The notes under the pieces: generated by a model | Databases searched by the model: none | Seen by the model: the letters and a program-made list of their open reading frames with translations, nothing else | Told to the model about the DNA's origin: nothing | Assembly (NCBI GenBank): GCA_009784275.1 | Contig: WRCA01000002.1 | Location: forward strand, 4,783-68,782 | DNA: 64,000 nucleotides | Direction of reading: 5' to 3' | Origin: Alphaproteobacteria bacterium | GTDB lineage: Bacteria; Pseudomonadota; Alphaproteobacteria; Rs-D84 | Shown here: piece by piece, positions 37,500 through 48,000 of the stretch | Position numbering within the stretch: position 1 is the first letter of the stretch | How the letters are laid out: every line of letters begins with the position of its first letter | Translations under genes and position numbers: made by a program

Positions 37500-37982
37500 A
37501 TGAAGTTTATAAATCAAGAAAGTGGGCGCAGCATGATCGAAATGCTGGGGGTTTTGGCAATTATGGGTGTTATTACAGTCGGCGCGATTACTATGATTTC
37601 TGCCGCTATGCGCAGCCAAAAGCGAACCGCATTACAGGACGAGGTAGCGCAGCTGGTCACAGGCGTGCGAACTATACTCGGCGAATATGATGATTTTTCC
37701 AATTTGGATAATGCCACGATTTTTGCAGCGGTTGGGATGTCTGACAAGAATCCTTATGGCGGAAAATATTCGCTGATGGTTAACCCCAGCAATACGCGGC
37801 AGTTTATTTTGACCATAGATGGTTTGAGTTCTTCTGACTGCAAATATTTCCAGGCAAAGGCTTGGTCTGATTCTGTCGGTTTTGCAATGTCTGGCGGTCG
37901 TACAGGCGGCGCTGTTGCCATGCCGAACGATTGCGGTGGCGCCAGCGGTCAGAATGCTGTACAAATAACTTATGGCGAATAA
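37500..37982 (+). CDS. type IV pilin / pseudopilin (prepilin with class III signal peptide)
   Basis: Short basic leader ending in G, then RSMIEMLGVLAIMGVITVGAI with Glu at +5; two C-terminal Cys (D-region). Confidence 0.65.
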   Translation: MKFINQESGRSMIEMLGVLAIMGVITVGAITMISAAMRSQKRTALQDEVAQLVTGVRTILGEYDDFSNLDNATIFAAVGMSDKNPYGGKYSLMVNPSNTRQFILTIDGLSSSDCKYFQAKAWSDSVGFAMSGGRTGGAVAMPNDCGGASGQNAVQITYGE

Positions 37983-38952
37983 TCAGACTGTTTCACAGAC
38001 CGAAGATGGCATCCGTCTGAAAAGATGGGTAAAGCGACACTATCCGAAATTATCGGATGGCGAATTTCACAAGCTGTGCAGGTCGGGTCAGTTGCGGGTA
38101 AATTCTGCCCGATGCCGTGGGGATGAAATTCTGCATTCCGGCGATGCTTTGCGTCTGCCGCCATTCATGGAACCCCTGCAGCAGGAAGCGGGCGGAAAAA
38201 AGCAAGAAACAGGCGACAGGTTTTCGCTGGGGGATTTGGAAAAGCTGCGCAAAAGGATCATTCATGATGATCCGGATATAGTTGCTTTTGACAAACCTGC
38301 GGGTTTGGCGGTTCAGGGTGGCACGGGGATAAAAAAATCGCTTGATAAAATGGCGGCGGCGTTGTTCCCTTATGATACTGTTCTGCCGGTTCATCGGCTG
38401 GACAAGGAAACCAGCGGCGTAATCGTGTTCGCCAAGAATCAACGCGCGGCGCAACATTTGGCTTCGGAATTTCAAAACAAATCCGCAGTGAAAGAATATA
38501 TTGCTTTATTGCGCGGCGCGCCAGCGCAAAAGCGCGGCGTGATAGACAACTTTATAGTGAAAGGAAAAGTTTTATCGGAAAAAGAGGCGGAAGAGTTTCG
38601 TCGTGAAACGGGAACCAGACCGCAGAGGGCGATAACTAATTATGAAATTCTGGGTCGGTTGCCTGGAATTTTATCATGGGTTCGATTCAGTCCTCAAACC
38701 GGGCGAACACATCAGCTGCGCTTGCATTCGGCTTTCTCGCTGAACGCGCCGATCGTGGGCGATTCTATTTATGGGGTTGGGGGAAGTATAATGGATCCCA
38801 CATTGGAATCCATCATATCGACGAATAAATTATTTTTATTCGCGCAAAGATTGTCTTTTCGTCATCCAAAGACAAAGAAAACGATAACAATTCATGCGCA
38901 GATGCCGGACTTTATGACAGGGGTCGCGAAATTTTTGGAGTTTAAGTCTTGA
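37972..38952 (+). CDS. RluA-family pseudouridine synthase (RluC/RluD-like) with S4 domain
   Basis: HRLDKETSGVIVFAKN catalytic motif; N-terminal S4-like region. Confidence 0.8.
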   Translation: MANNQTVSQTEDGIRLKRWVKRHYPKLSDGEFHKLCRSGQLRVNSARCRGDEILHSGDALRLPPFMEPLQQEAGGKKQETGDRFSLGDLEKLRKRIIHDDPDIVAFDKPAGLAVQGGTGIKKSLDKMAAALFPYDTVLPVHRLDKETSGVIVFAKNQRAAQHLASEFQNKSAVKEYIALLRGAPAQKRGVIDNFIVKGKVLSEKEAEEFRRETGTRPQRAITNYEILGRLPGILSWVRFSPQTGRTHQLRLHSAFSLNAPIVGDSIYGVGGSIMDPTLESIISTNKLFLFAQRLSFRHPKTKKTITIHAQMPDFMTGVAKFLEFKS

Positions 38953-41042
38953 TAAGAATGTTATTCCGAGGACATCTTTTTTTCAGGATTGCGCGAATAT
39001 GCGCCATGTTCTTTATCGGGCTGGCCGTGTCGATGGCCATTGCGCTGTCCCAGGTTGATTTGGAAACTTTGCGCGGACAAGTTGTTTCCACACTTAATCG
39101 CGCCACTGGAATGCCGGTAGAGGTTCGGGGCAATATCAAATGGAAATTTTCTTTGACCCCGACCATTGCTTTATCCGATGTCGTGGTTCAATCAAAAGAC
39201 TGGGCGAAGAATAAGGAAGGCGTCCAAATAGATACTGTGGAAGTGAAAATCAATTTGTTGTCCATATTCAGCAGCTCTGCAACTATTCGCAATTTGGTCC
39301 TGATAAATCCGATGGTTTACTTGGAAGAAAATTCCAAGGGTGAATATTCTTTGTCGTCTTCGCGCTCTACAAGCATTGCGACGGAAAATGGCACGCCGGC
39401 AAAATTTCCCTTTGATACGGATTGGGGAATCGATTCCATTCGGGTGGAAAACGCGAAGTTCGTATTTATAGATGCATCCGGCGAGACGGAGTTCAACTTG
39501 AAGGGGGCTTTGTTAAAATACAAAAGAAACGATGATTTTATAGAGTATGGCGGACAGGTTACGATTGACGGAAACGATTATTCCTTTATCACAACTTTAT
39601 CTCCGCTGGATACAGAACGCAGGGTGTATCCTGTTCGCATAGCCATTGCCAGCAGGTTGATGCCGGTCACCGCGCACATTGCGCTGGAGCAGACCAGCAA
39701 GTTGCCCATAGATTTCAGGATCCGGGGAAATATTTCGGACATTCACGCCATCTTAAAATTCTGGGAACCCGATATTCCGAAAATTGCGCCGATGACGATA
39801 AATCTTGCCGGCGGCATGGGTCAGCAAGGAAGGATAACTTTGCATCAGTCAACGATTTCATTTGGCAAAAGTGATCTTACTGTTTCAGGGACTTATATAT
39901 GGAGCGGTAGAAAACCAAATATTACATTAAATCTGAAGTCAAAAAGGTTTATTCTGGGCGAAGTATTTCCAGAACTATATGGCGGCGTAAGAACACCATG
40001 GAAACGCCCTAACCGTGAACTTAATGTATTTAAAGATACGCCATTGTATTCGCATTATCTAAACCTTGCCAATGCGGACGTTTCGCTTAACTTTGCCCGA
40101 TTGGATATATACCGAAATCTTTCAGCTGAAAACATAGATGCAAATGTAACAGTAAGAGATGGGTCTGTTTCTGCGCGTACAGAAGCAACGTTTGCCAAAG
40201 GACGCATCAAAGGTGTCGTTTCTGCATATGACGACAATGGCGTTCTTGTTGCAAAAGGAGCAGGAAGAGGACAGCGCATTGTTACTGGAGAAATTCTAAA
40301 AGCCATAGGCGAAAACAATGTTATCAGGGATTTGCCTACTAATTTCGAGTTTTATCTGCAGGGCAGGGGACGCGACTTATCCGCGCTGATGGCATCTGTA
40401 ACAGGACCTATTTATATTTATTCGGTAGGAGGGGGAATTGCTTTGCCCGATGCTGCTGCATATATATTGGGCGCAGACTTTTTGACTTCAGTTCGACATA
40501 GTGTTCAAGATATGGTAACCAGCAGGGACAGGTATGACCGAATAGCGATATCTTGCGCCGTTGTTAACTTGAAGATTCGCGAAGGCGTTACCGAAACAGA
40601 ACGCGGTGTTGCTATGCAATCCAACACAGTTAACATGCGTCTTGCGGGAACTGCAGATTTGGGAAATGAAACTATAAATGCTTCGATTGTGTCGACGCCG
40701 GTCAGGGGATTGAAAATAAGTTTTTCTGGTAATATAGTAAACGCTATGGAATTCACTGGGAATATGGCAGAACCTGACTTTAGGATAAATGGCAGAAATT
40801 TGGCAGGACGCGCGCTGACCGCGACGGGAATAGGGTTGTTGTTGGCGCCATTTACAGGCGGGCTTAGCTTGGTTGCTGGCGCAGGTGTCGGATTTTTGGC
40901 TGGGGACTTGCTGACTAATTGGCTGGCGGATGACAATCCATGCAGGACCGCATCATCAGAACGTGGGGCACCATCCATAAAAGGAGATCCAGAATTTTTA
41001 GGCAGGCCTGTTAGCGAGTTGATTGAAGAAATGGGGATTTAG
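38949..41042 (+). CDS. AsmA-family protein (outer-membrane biogenesis / lipid transport-like)
   Basis: 697 aa, N-terminal TM anchor then a long beta-rich repetitive region typical of the AsmA/TamB-like family. Confidence 0.55.
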   Translation: MIRMLFRGHLFFRIARICAMFFIGLAVSMAIALSQVDLETLRGQVVSTLNRATGMPVEVRGNIKWKFSLTPTIALSDVVVQSKDWAKNKEGVQIDTVEVKINLLSIFSSSATIRNLVLINPMVYLEENSKGEYSLSSSRSTSIATENGTPAKFPFDTDWGIDSIRVENAKFVFIDASGETEFNLKGALLKYKRNDDFIEYGGQVTIDGNDYSFITTLSPLDTERRVYPVRIAIASRLMPVTAHIALEQTSKLPIDFRIRGNISDIHAILKFWEPDIPKIAPMTINLAGGMGQQGRITLHQSTISFGKSDLTVSGTYIWSGRKPNITLNLKSKRFILGEVFPELYGGVRTPWKRPNRELNVFKDTPLYSHYLNLANADVSLNFARLDIYRNLSAENIDANVTVRDGSVSARTEATFAKGRIKGVVSAYDDNGVLVAKGAGRGQRIVTGEILKAIGENNVIRDLPTNFEFYLQGRGRDLSALMASVTGPIYIYSVGGGIALPDAAAYILGADFLTSVRHSVQDMVTSRDRYDRIAISCAVVNLKIREGVTETERGVAMQSNTVNMRLAGTADLGNETINASIVSTPVRGLKISFSGNIVNAMEFTGNMAEPDFRINGRNLAGRALTATGIGLLLAPFTGGLSLVAGAGVGFLAGDLLTNWLADDNPCRTASSERGAPSIKGDPEFLGRPVSELIEEMGI

Positions 41043-41044
41043 TA

Positions 41045-41827
41045 ATGGATTTTTTTATACATCATCTTATTAATATATTGCAAGTTGTGCTTATAGCCAT
41101 TGCGTGCTGGCTGTTTTACAAGCGTTTTATCAAGAATACAAATTCCGAAAGATTAGTGCGCGGTATTTTGGGTTTGGTTGTGCTGTGGTTGTCCAGCTGG
41201 TTATTCTTGTATCTGAAACTGGGGATATTGGGCGAGTTCACAAGACTGATCGCTATAGTTTTGTCCATAGGGACGGTTGTCGTATTTCAGCCAGAGCTCC
41301 GCAAGTTTTTCGCAATGATGGGGCATATGAGATTCCTTCGGATTTTGTTTTCCCCCAGCGCTACGTCGGATGCTGCGACCAAGGCAAAAATTCAGCATGA
41401 TTTGGATGAAATAGTAAGCTCTGTGGCATATATGTCCAAAAGACATACCGGTGCGTTGATTGTATTTCGTAACGAATTTGATGGGACAATTGAAAACCTG
41501 GGCACGAAAATAAATGCTGAAATTTCCAGCGAATTAATCTTAACGATATTCTTTGATAAAACACCACTGCATGATGGCGCGATGATTATAGGAGGAGGAC
41601 ATATCTTGTACGCGGGCGCTGTATTGCCATTAACACAGAAAAGCGATTTAAACTGGCGATATGGCACGCGCCATCGCGCCGCAATCGGAATGTCCGAGGC
41701 AAGCGATTCAGTCGTGCTGGTCGTATCGGAAGAAACAGGAACAATCTCTATCGCCGAAAATGGCAAGCTGACAAAGTATGATGATATGAAAAAACTGAAG
41801 GCAAGACTGGAAAAAGCGATTAATTAG
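41045..41827 (+). CDS. cdaA: diadenylate cyclase CdaA (c-di-AMP synthase)
   Basis: Three N-terminal TM helices, then a DAC domain with DGA (LHDGAMII) and RHRAA motifs. Confidence 0.85.
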   Translation: MDFFIHHLINILQVVLIAIACWLFYKRFIKNTNSERLVRGILGLVVLWLSSWLFLYLKLGILGEFTRLIAIVLSIGTVVVFQPELRKFFAMMGHMRFLRILFSPSATSDAATKAKIQHDLDEIVSSVAYMSKRHTGALIVFRNEFDGTIENLGTKINAEISSELILTIFFDKTPLHDGAMIIGGGHILYAGAVLPLTQKSDLNWRYGTRHRAAIGMSEASDSVVLVVSEETGTISIAENGKLTKYDDMKKLKARLEKAIN

Positions 41828-41947
41828 TAATTAATAACTATAATTAAATTGCGCGTTTGCGCAATTTTTTTTATCAAAATATAACATTGACAAAAGGAGG
41901 GATTTGTTTATTATGTACAACATAAGTATAAGAAAGGTTGAAAAATA

Positions 41948-42400
41948 ATGTTTAGAAAATCAGTCACTATTCCCGCAGCTGCGATTAAGGTTAAAGGCAG
42001 GGATATTCCAATCGAAATGAAGAAGTGGTTTGATGTAAAATTTGCGGATCATGGGATTGCGTTAAAGAAAGTTTGTATAATGCCTATTTCTAAAGATGCC
42101 CCGCATGCAGGCGATATTGCGACAGATTTGGTATATGATAAATATGGCACGAAGTATGCTATATCACTTGGGTGGATGAAGAAAAACAGAAAGGGAAGGC
42201 CTGTTTACCCTATGAAGTATCTCAAGAATGTGCAAGATAGCCTCGTTTGGATTATTATAAATAATTTACGCAAAGAAGATGGTGAAGAAGTGGTTAATCC
42301 CCAGAAGTATTTGGATGAATTAAACTTTCTTTTCAAAATGCGCTCTTGGTTGCCAGGCGTAGTGTACCCAGTAGTAAAAGAAGCATTAAAAGTAAAATAA
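41948..42400 (+). CDS. hypothetical protein (150 aa)
   Basis: ORF track; TTGACA-16-TATTAT promoter at about 41889-41916; terminator follows. Confidence 0.45.
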   Translation: MFRKSVTIPAAAIKVKGRDIPIEMKKWFDVKFADHGIALKKVCIMPISKDAPHAGDIATDLVYDKYGTKYAISLGWMKKNRKGRPVYPMKYLKNVQDSLVWIIINNLRKEDGEEVVNPQKYLDELNFLFKMRSWLPGVVYPVVKEALKVK

Positions 42401-42426
42401 AATCTCGCGCAAGCGAGATTTTTTAT
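42398..42426. terminator. bidirectional terminator AAAATCTCGCGC-AA-GCGAGATTTTTT
   Basis: Between convergent genes. Confidence 0.75.
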
Positions 42427-43133
42427 GCGCTGTGGCGTCCTATTGCCTCTGCGATTTCTGCCATTGATGCTGTGCTGGGCAGCAGGGGTTCGAACCATAC
42501 ATTCGCGGTGCCCGATTTCATTTTTCCCCGCTTTGGCCAATAGAGTCCCGAATCTGTACCAACCGGCAAAATCGGCAATTTCAAATTTTCCGCAATAAAT
42601 AATAATCCGCGTCTTAACTTGACCCCTGCGCCAGGTTTTACCCTTGTGCCTTCCGGGAAGATGATGAGTATCATGCCTTGCTTTATTTTTTCCGCAACGC
42701 TATCGGCCAGCTTTTGCATATTGGTCGCGCCCTTTGCACGATTAACAGGCAACATTCCAGCCCTCCAGAAAGCCCAGCCATAGACCGGAATCCACATCAA
42801 TTCCCGCTTTATAATAAAAAAACAATTCGGCAGGTGTTTTGCCAAGACCGCAATTTCCAAAATAGACATGTGTTTTGCCGCGACAATTGCCTTTCCATCC
42901 GCACGTGTATAATTGCTGGGCATAATCGGAATTCCGTCTTCGCTGATCGCAGGATAATGAATCTGATATTTTATTCCGGCGATTATACGAACCAACCAAA
43001 GTACCCCCATCGCGCACCAAGCAACCATGCGCCTCATAAATGATCCCCCCAATGGCAAAGCAATCAAAATAAGCGGTACCCACAGAATAAACCACAGGCC
43101 AAGGCAGATGTTAAAAAATATAGTCTTCAGCAT
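42423..43133 (-). CDS. plsC: lysophospholipid (1-acyl-glycerol-3-phosphate) acyltransferase family
   Basis: Membrane anchor; acyltransferase blocks including FPEGTR. Confidence 0.75.
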   Translation of the reverse strand: MLKTIFFNICLGLWFILWVPLILIALPLGGSFMRRMVAWCAMGVLWLVRIIAGIKYQIHYPAISEDGIPIMPSNYTRADGKAIVAAKHMSILEIAVLAKHLPNCFFIIKRELMWIPVYGWAFWRAGMLPVNRAKGATNMQKLADSVAEKIKQGMILIIFPEGTRVKPGAGVKLRRGLLFIAENLKLPILPVGTDSGLYWPKRGKMKSGTANVWFEPLLPSTASMAEIAEAIGRHSA

Positions 43134-43147
43134 TTTCTATGTATCCA

Positions 43148-44458
43148 TTACGGCAATTTAGGCGACCATGTTGGCTCCAGCCCGTTAACATTATCCGGCA
43201 GTTTTATATCATAAACATTCTGCCCCATTATATCCACGCTGCGAATATGGCTGACACGCTCTGTATCATCTTGCTTTTCCGTTTCATAATAAACAAGGCG
43301 ACGGGATCCGGGCGCCCAAGATGGCGTTTCCATAAACCAACCGCCAGCCAAGATTTTCTCGTTCTTGCCACGCGGAGACATTACACCTATATAAAAGGTA
43401 TCATCCGCTATCTTGGTAAATGCGATGTAGTTTCCGTCTGGCGACCATGCTGGCGTAGCATAGCGTCCTGAACCGAATGTAATACGGCTTTCAGACAGAT
43501 TACCCAGATCCAGTACGTGAATCTGCTGGGTACCCGATTTGTTTGAATTAAATACAAGCCGTTTGCCATCTGGAGAATACGAAGGCGAAGTATCAATTAC
43601 ATCACCAAAGGTCAACTGGCGCAGTTTGTTTGTCTCCAAGTCGAGCTCATACAGGTTTGTGCTTCCATTTTTCACCAGTGACAAAGCTACCTTTGTTCCA
43701 TCCGGCGAAAAGCGCGGCGCAAAAGTCATACCGCCAAATTGCCCCAGTCGCCTTTGCGCGCCTGTATTCAAATCCAGCGACCAGACCATCGGGTCATCAT
43801 CGCGATAAGACAAGAACACAATCGTTTGCATGTTCGGCGAAAAGTGCGGCGACATCACCATACTTTTCCCGTCCGAAATATAGCGGAATCCAAATCCGTC
43901 GCTGTCCATGATGGCCAGTCTTTTTGTACGGTTCCTCATATCCCCGGTTTCTGTTGTCATAACTATTTGGGTGTCGAAATATCCGACTTCACCGGTCAGG
44001 CGCTCGTAAATAGCATCTGCCATAATATGCGCCAGGCGGCGGGCTGATTTTTTAGGCGCGACCAAAACTTGCGCTTCGATTTGCTCCTTTCCATTTATAT
44101 CCCAGACATAGAATTGCAGCTTGTATTTTCCATCACCATCGTCGGATAATTTGGCTTGTACCAAAACTTGCGCCTTTATCGCCATCCAATCACTAAACCG
44201 GGGCATATCATCCATCTTTACATGTTGGGGATGGGCGCTTAATTTTATTATTCGGAACAACCCGGTTGACTTTAAGTCGTTCTCAACGACTTCGCGCAGC
44301 ATTTCAGCAGTCTTGGCGTCAGCCTTGGCCGCATCGAATTTTTGAATAGCAATCGGCACAGGCGAAACATTGCCAGCGATAATATCGACTTTTAATTCTG
44401 CATGCGCCCACAAAGGCAAAAGACAAAAACAAACAGATAAGAGTAATTTTTTTAACAT
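43148..44458 (-). CDS. tolB: Tol-Pal system periplasmic beta-propeller protein TolB
   Basis: Signal peptide, TolB N-domain, repeated PxWSPDG propeller blades; start trimmed to MLKKLLL. Confidence 0.88.
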   Translation of the reverse strand: MLKKLLLSVCFCLLPLWAHAELKVDIIAGNVSPVPIAIQKFDAAKADAKTAEMLREVVENDLKSTGLFRIIKLSAHPQHVKMDDMPRFSDWMAIKAQVLVQAKLSDDGDGKYKLQFYVWDINGKEQIEAQVLVAPKKSARRLAHIMADAIYERLTGEVGYFDTQIVMTTETGDMRNRTKRLAIMDSDGFGFRYISDGKSMVMSPHFSPNMQTIVFLSYRDDDPMVWSLDLNTGAQRRLGQFGGMTFAPRFSPDGTKVALSLVKNGSTNLYELDLETNKLRQLTFGDVIDTSPSYSPDGKRLVFNSNKSGTQQIHVLDLGNLSESRITFGSGRYATPAWSPDGNYIAFTKIADDTFYIGVMSPRGKNEKILAGGWFMETPSWAPGSRRLVYYETEKQDDTERVSHIRSVDIMGQNVYDIKLPDNVNGLEPTWSPKLP

Positions 44459-44518
44459 ATGGTTTCCTTTCCTTGGCTTGGAGATTTTATTAGGTAGAGA
44501 CGGAAAAAGCAACTTTTA

Positions 44519-44962
44519 TTATGGGCACCATCCGCCGCGCTTTCCACCGCCGTATGGCACCGCTAGCTTCTCTTTCAACATTATAGTGCTGACGTCAACG
44601 CCGTCCGACATTTTCACATATGCATCAATTCGACCAAGATACTTGTCATCTTTTATACTGGAAAGCCAGATGGTAGAGCCCTCTGGTAAAAGTTCCATCA
44701 ATCTATCACGTGCCAAGAATGCGCGCTGGATTTCCGATTCGCATTCTCCATGAATTTCCGGTGCGTCGATGCCGAGTATTCTAACACGTACGGAAACTTG
44801 AACATCATTTTCTAATTTCACAATCGCGGCAAAAGTATCACCATCAATGACATAGCCGGAAATAGCCTCTACAGATACCGCCGAATGCGCGTTTGCGCAA
44901 ATAGAAATTAGCAGAAAGCAAGATACAAATAATTTTTTCAGCATGGGTTTTATTTTATTCAA
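44519..44962 (-). CDS. secreted staphylococcal-nuclease-like thermonuclease
   Basis: Signal peptide; SNase motifs RILGIDAPE..., KYLGRIDAYV. Confidence 0.7.
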   Translation of the reverse strand: MNKIKPMLKKLFVSCFLLISICANAHSAVSVEAISGYVIDGDTFAAIVKLENDVQVSVRVRILGIDAPEIHGECESEIQRAFLARDRLMELLPEGSTIWLSSIKDDKYLGRIDAYVKMSDGVDVSTIMLKEKLAVPYGGGKRGGWCP

Positions 44963-44982
44963 CCGGGCAAGAAAAAAGAAGT

Positions 44983-45011
44983 AAAAAATCCCGCGTGTGC
45001 GGGATTATTTT
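44983..45011. terminator. terminator AAAAAATCCCGC-GTGT-GCGGGATTATTTTT
   Basis: Downstream of the giant fibre gene. Confidence 0.7.
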
Positions 45012-48000
45012 TATCTGGTAATCAGTTCCCAGAAGAAACCCTTTGGCGCCGTCGATGGAGTATACGCGCAGTTTGCAGTACTAGGAGGAGTGGTGCCAGG
45101 AATATAACCAATTCCAAGTCCAGTTGAGGGAAGATTAGGACAATATTGTCCATAGTTCAATGAACATGATACGTTGTTTCCATCGCATGCAAAGGGAACC
45201 TTTGGTATAAGACCATTCGAACCACCATTACCTGCCGAGGTTTCAGCAGTCGCAACTGGTGGAACAAATCCAATCGCTTGCCAGTTGGTTCCATCGTAAA
45301 TAAACTCATAAACAGCAGCGTTTAATGGATTGTTTGCGCTAACTGCAGCGTCATTTACAAATATGGGTCTGGCGGTAAGATTGACGCCACTGGCGGTAAC
45401 ATTTAAGGTTGCAGCAGCAGTCGCGGTGCTATGAATCTTCGCAACCACGCGTCTGCCAGTTGCCAGAGAAGGTATGATCTTTGATGTGGCAAGAGTATAT
45501 GTTGGTGCAGTTCCAAGAGTAGTTCCGTCAAGGTAGTTGAATATTGGATCGCTTTCTGGCATCAGCTCCCAAGCGGCCCCGTTATATACGAAATTATAAG
45601 TTTGTCCTGCACGCAACAGACCCGCTGCAATCGGGGCAGACCCCATATACTGAATTGTTTTTGCACCAGTGATGTTATTTATATTAATTGTTGATCCGCC
45701 GGTATTTGTATTGATGAATGTTGCTACTAGATGGGAACCTTTGGTCAGCATATCAGCGGTGAAATTTGTGAATCCATTTGCTGTCAAAGCGTAACTGTTT
45801 GTGCCGGATGCTGTTCCAGTAAATACGTTATCAGCAGTACCAATTATTTTGGCATTCCAATTAGTTCCATCATATGTAAATGAATATGTCGTACCTGCTA
45901 TCAATAAATTTGTAGTGCTTATAGCTGCCCCATTTTGAAATACCGGTCTGGGGGTTTGTCCACCTACGGATAAAGTTGTAGCGGCAGAAGAATTAGCATG
46001 CAGGGTAGCGAATACAACGGCACCCGATACCTGATCATTTGCGGTGAAGGCCGGGGCAAGAAAACTGGGAGAGCCGGTCGCAATAGTAAGCGCAGTGGCT
46101 GATCCGCCAGTTAATATTCCATTGAATGCCCTGGTAAGATCAGGCTTGTTAAGCAAATCATTATAACTTCCCGTCTTTGAAACTTGATGAAGTGTAATAT
46201 TACCACTCATCAATTCACCAGCACTGGGGGTTTGAGTACCTGTTGCATTAGTAATCAAAGTACCTGCTGGACCAATTGCACCTTGGTTTCCCTGGTTACC
46301 TTGCTGGCCGTTTGTACCAGCTGCGCCCTGATTGCCTTGCTGACCGTTCGTACCAGCTGTACCTTGATTACCTTGTTGACCATTAGTTCCAGCAGTACCT
46401 TGATTCCCTTGATTACCCTGGTTTCCTTGTTGTCCATTCGTACCGGCCGTACCCTGATTACCTTGATGGCCTTGATTACCTTGTTGTCCATTGGTTCCGG
46501 CAGTGCCCTGATTTCCTTGGTGACCCTGGAAGCCCTGGTTACCTTGATTCCCTTGTTGACCGTTGGTTCCGGCAGTACCTTGATTTCCCTGCTGTCCATT
46601 CGTGCCAGCTGTTCCCTGATTACCCTGGTGCCCTTGATTTCCCTGCTGTCCATTCGTGCCAGCTGTTCCTTGATTCCCTTGATGGCCCTGGAAGCCTTGA
46701 TTTCCCTGGTTACCCTGTTGACCATTCGTACCGGCCGTACCCTGATTACCTTGCTGTCCATTCGTACCGGCTGTGCCCTGATTTCCTTGATTGCCTTGGT
46801 TCCCCTGTTGTCCATTAGTTCCAGCAGTACCTTGATTCCCTTGATTCCCCTGGTTTCCTTGTTGTCCATTCGTACCGGCCGTACCCTGATTACCTTGATG
46901 TCCTTGATTACCTTGATGTCCTTGATTACCTTGTTGTCCATTGGTTCCTGCAGTCCCCTGATTCCCCTGTTGACCGTTTGTGCCGGCTGTACCTTGATTA
47001 CCTTGACTTCCTTGGTTGCCTTGCTGTCCATTAGTACCTGCGGTACCCTGATTTCCTTGGTGTCCCTGGAAACCCTGGTTGCCCTGATTCCCTTGCTGAC
47101 CGTTGGTTCCTGCTGTTCCTTGATTGCCTTGATGTCCTTGGAATCCCTGGTTGCCCTGATTACCCTGTTGGCCGTTGGTTCCTGCTGTTCCTTGATTCCC
47201 TTGATGGCCCTGGAAACCTTGGTTACCCTGTTGTCCATTAGTACCGGCTATACCTTGGTTCCCTTGCTGGCCGTTAGTACCGGCTGCACCTTGGTCTCCT
47301 TGGTTGCCTTGCGGACCATAAGAACCGTTGCCGTAAATTGTGACTGTGCCATCAGAAGCAGATGTGACAGTTACTGCCCCTGTACCTTTAATTTGGTTAG
47401 CAGATGTTACATTTCCACTTTCCACATGATTTAAATATGGATCGGTTGTAGCCCTGTTTACCAGAGCATTTGGGCCGGTAGTGGTATCAGTAAAAACAGA
47501 TATAGAACCATTTACAAGTTCTACATTCCCAGGTGTCCATAAGGTTATGCCAGGTTGATCGGCAATGAATCTGTATACTCGCCCATCTGTATAACGTACC
47601 AAGTCTCCAATAAAATAGTCTGATGTTATACTGAAAGCAGGAACATTTGTAGTGTCAAGTTTTTTCGCATGCCAACGTTTTGTTGTGGCGTCATATGTAA
47701 ACGAATATTTAGAGCCTGGGACTAATGGATTTGATGGGCTAACAGTTGATCCATTTTGGAATATGTTATATGAGTCGGTGTTATTGACATTCAACATGAG
47801 ACCTGACCAGAGACTTCCAGGAGGCATTGCGTGCAATGTAGCAAATACGACGGTTCCGTGCACAAGGTCATCTGCGGTAAAAGTCGGGTAAGTTATTAAG
47901 CTGTAGGACGGCAGAGTTCCGCTTGTTTTGTCCCCATTGAATGCCCTTGGCGCTGGGGGGCCGATGACAAGCGAGACATGTGCCATATCCCAAGCGCCGG

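Noticed and set aside
42470-42500. GGGGTTCGAACC T-loop-like string (possible tRNA)
   Set aside because: It lies inside the plsC-family coding sequence with no acceptor/anticodon stems. No tRNA cloverleaf was found in any intergenic region of the window.
46184-47434. 416-aa plus-strand ORF and 327-aa alternate-frame minus-strand ORF (46255-47238) overlapping the collagen-repeat region
   Set aside because: Artefacts of the low-complexity tandem repeat (the repeats are stop-free in several frames). The authentic frame is the Gly-X-Y frame, continuous with the signal peptide and C-terminal domains.
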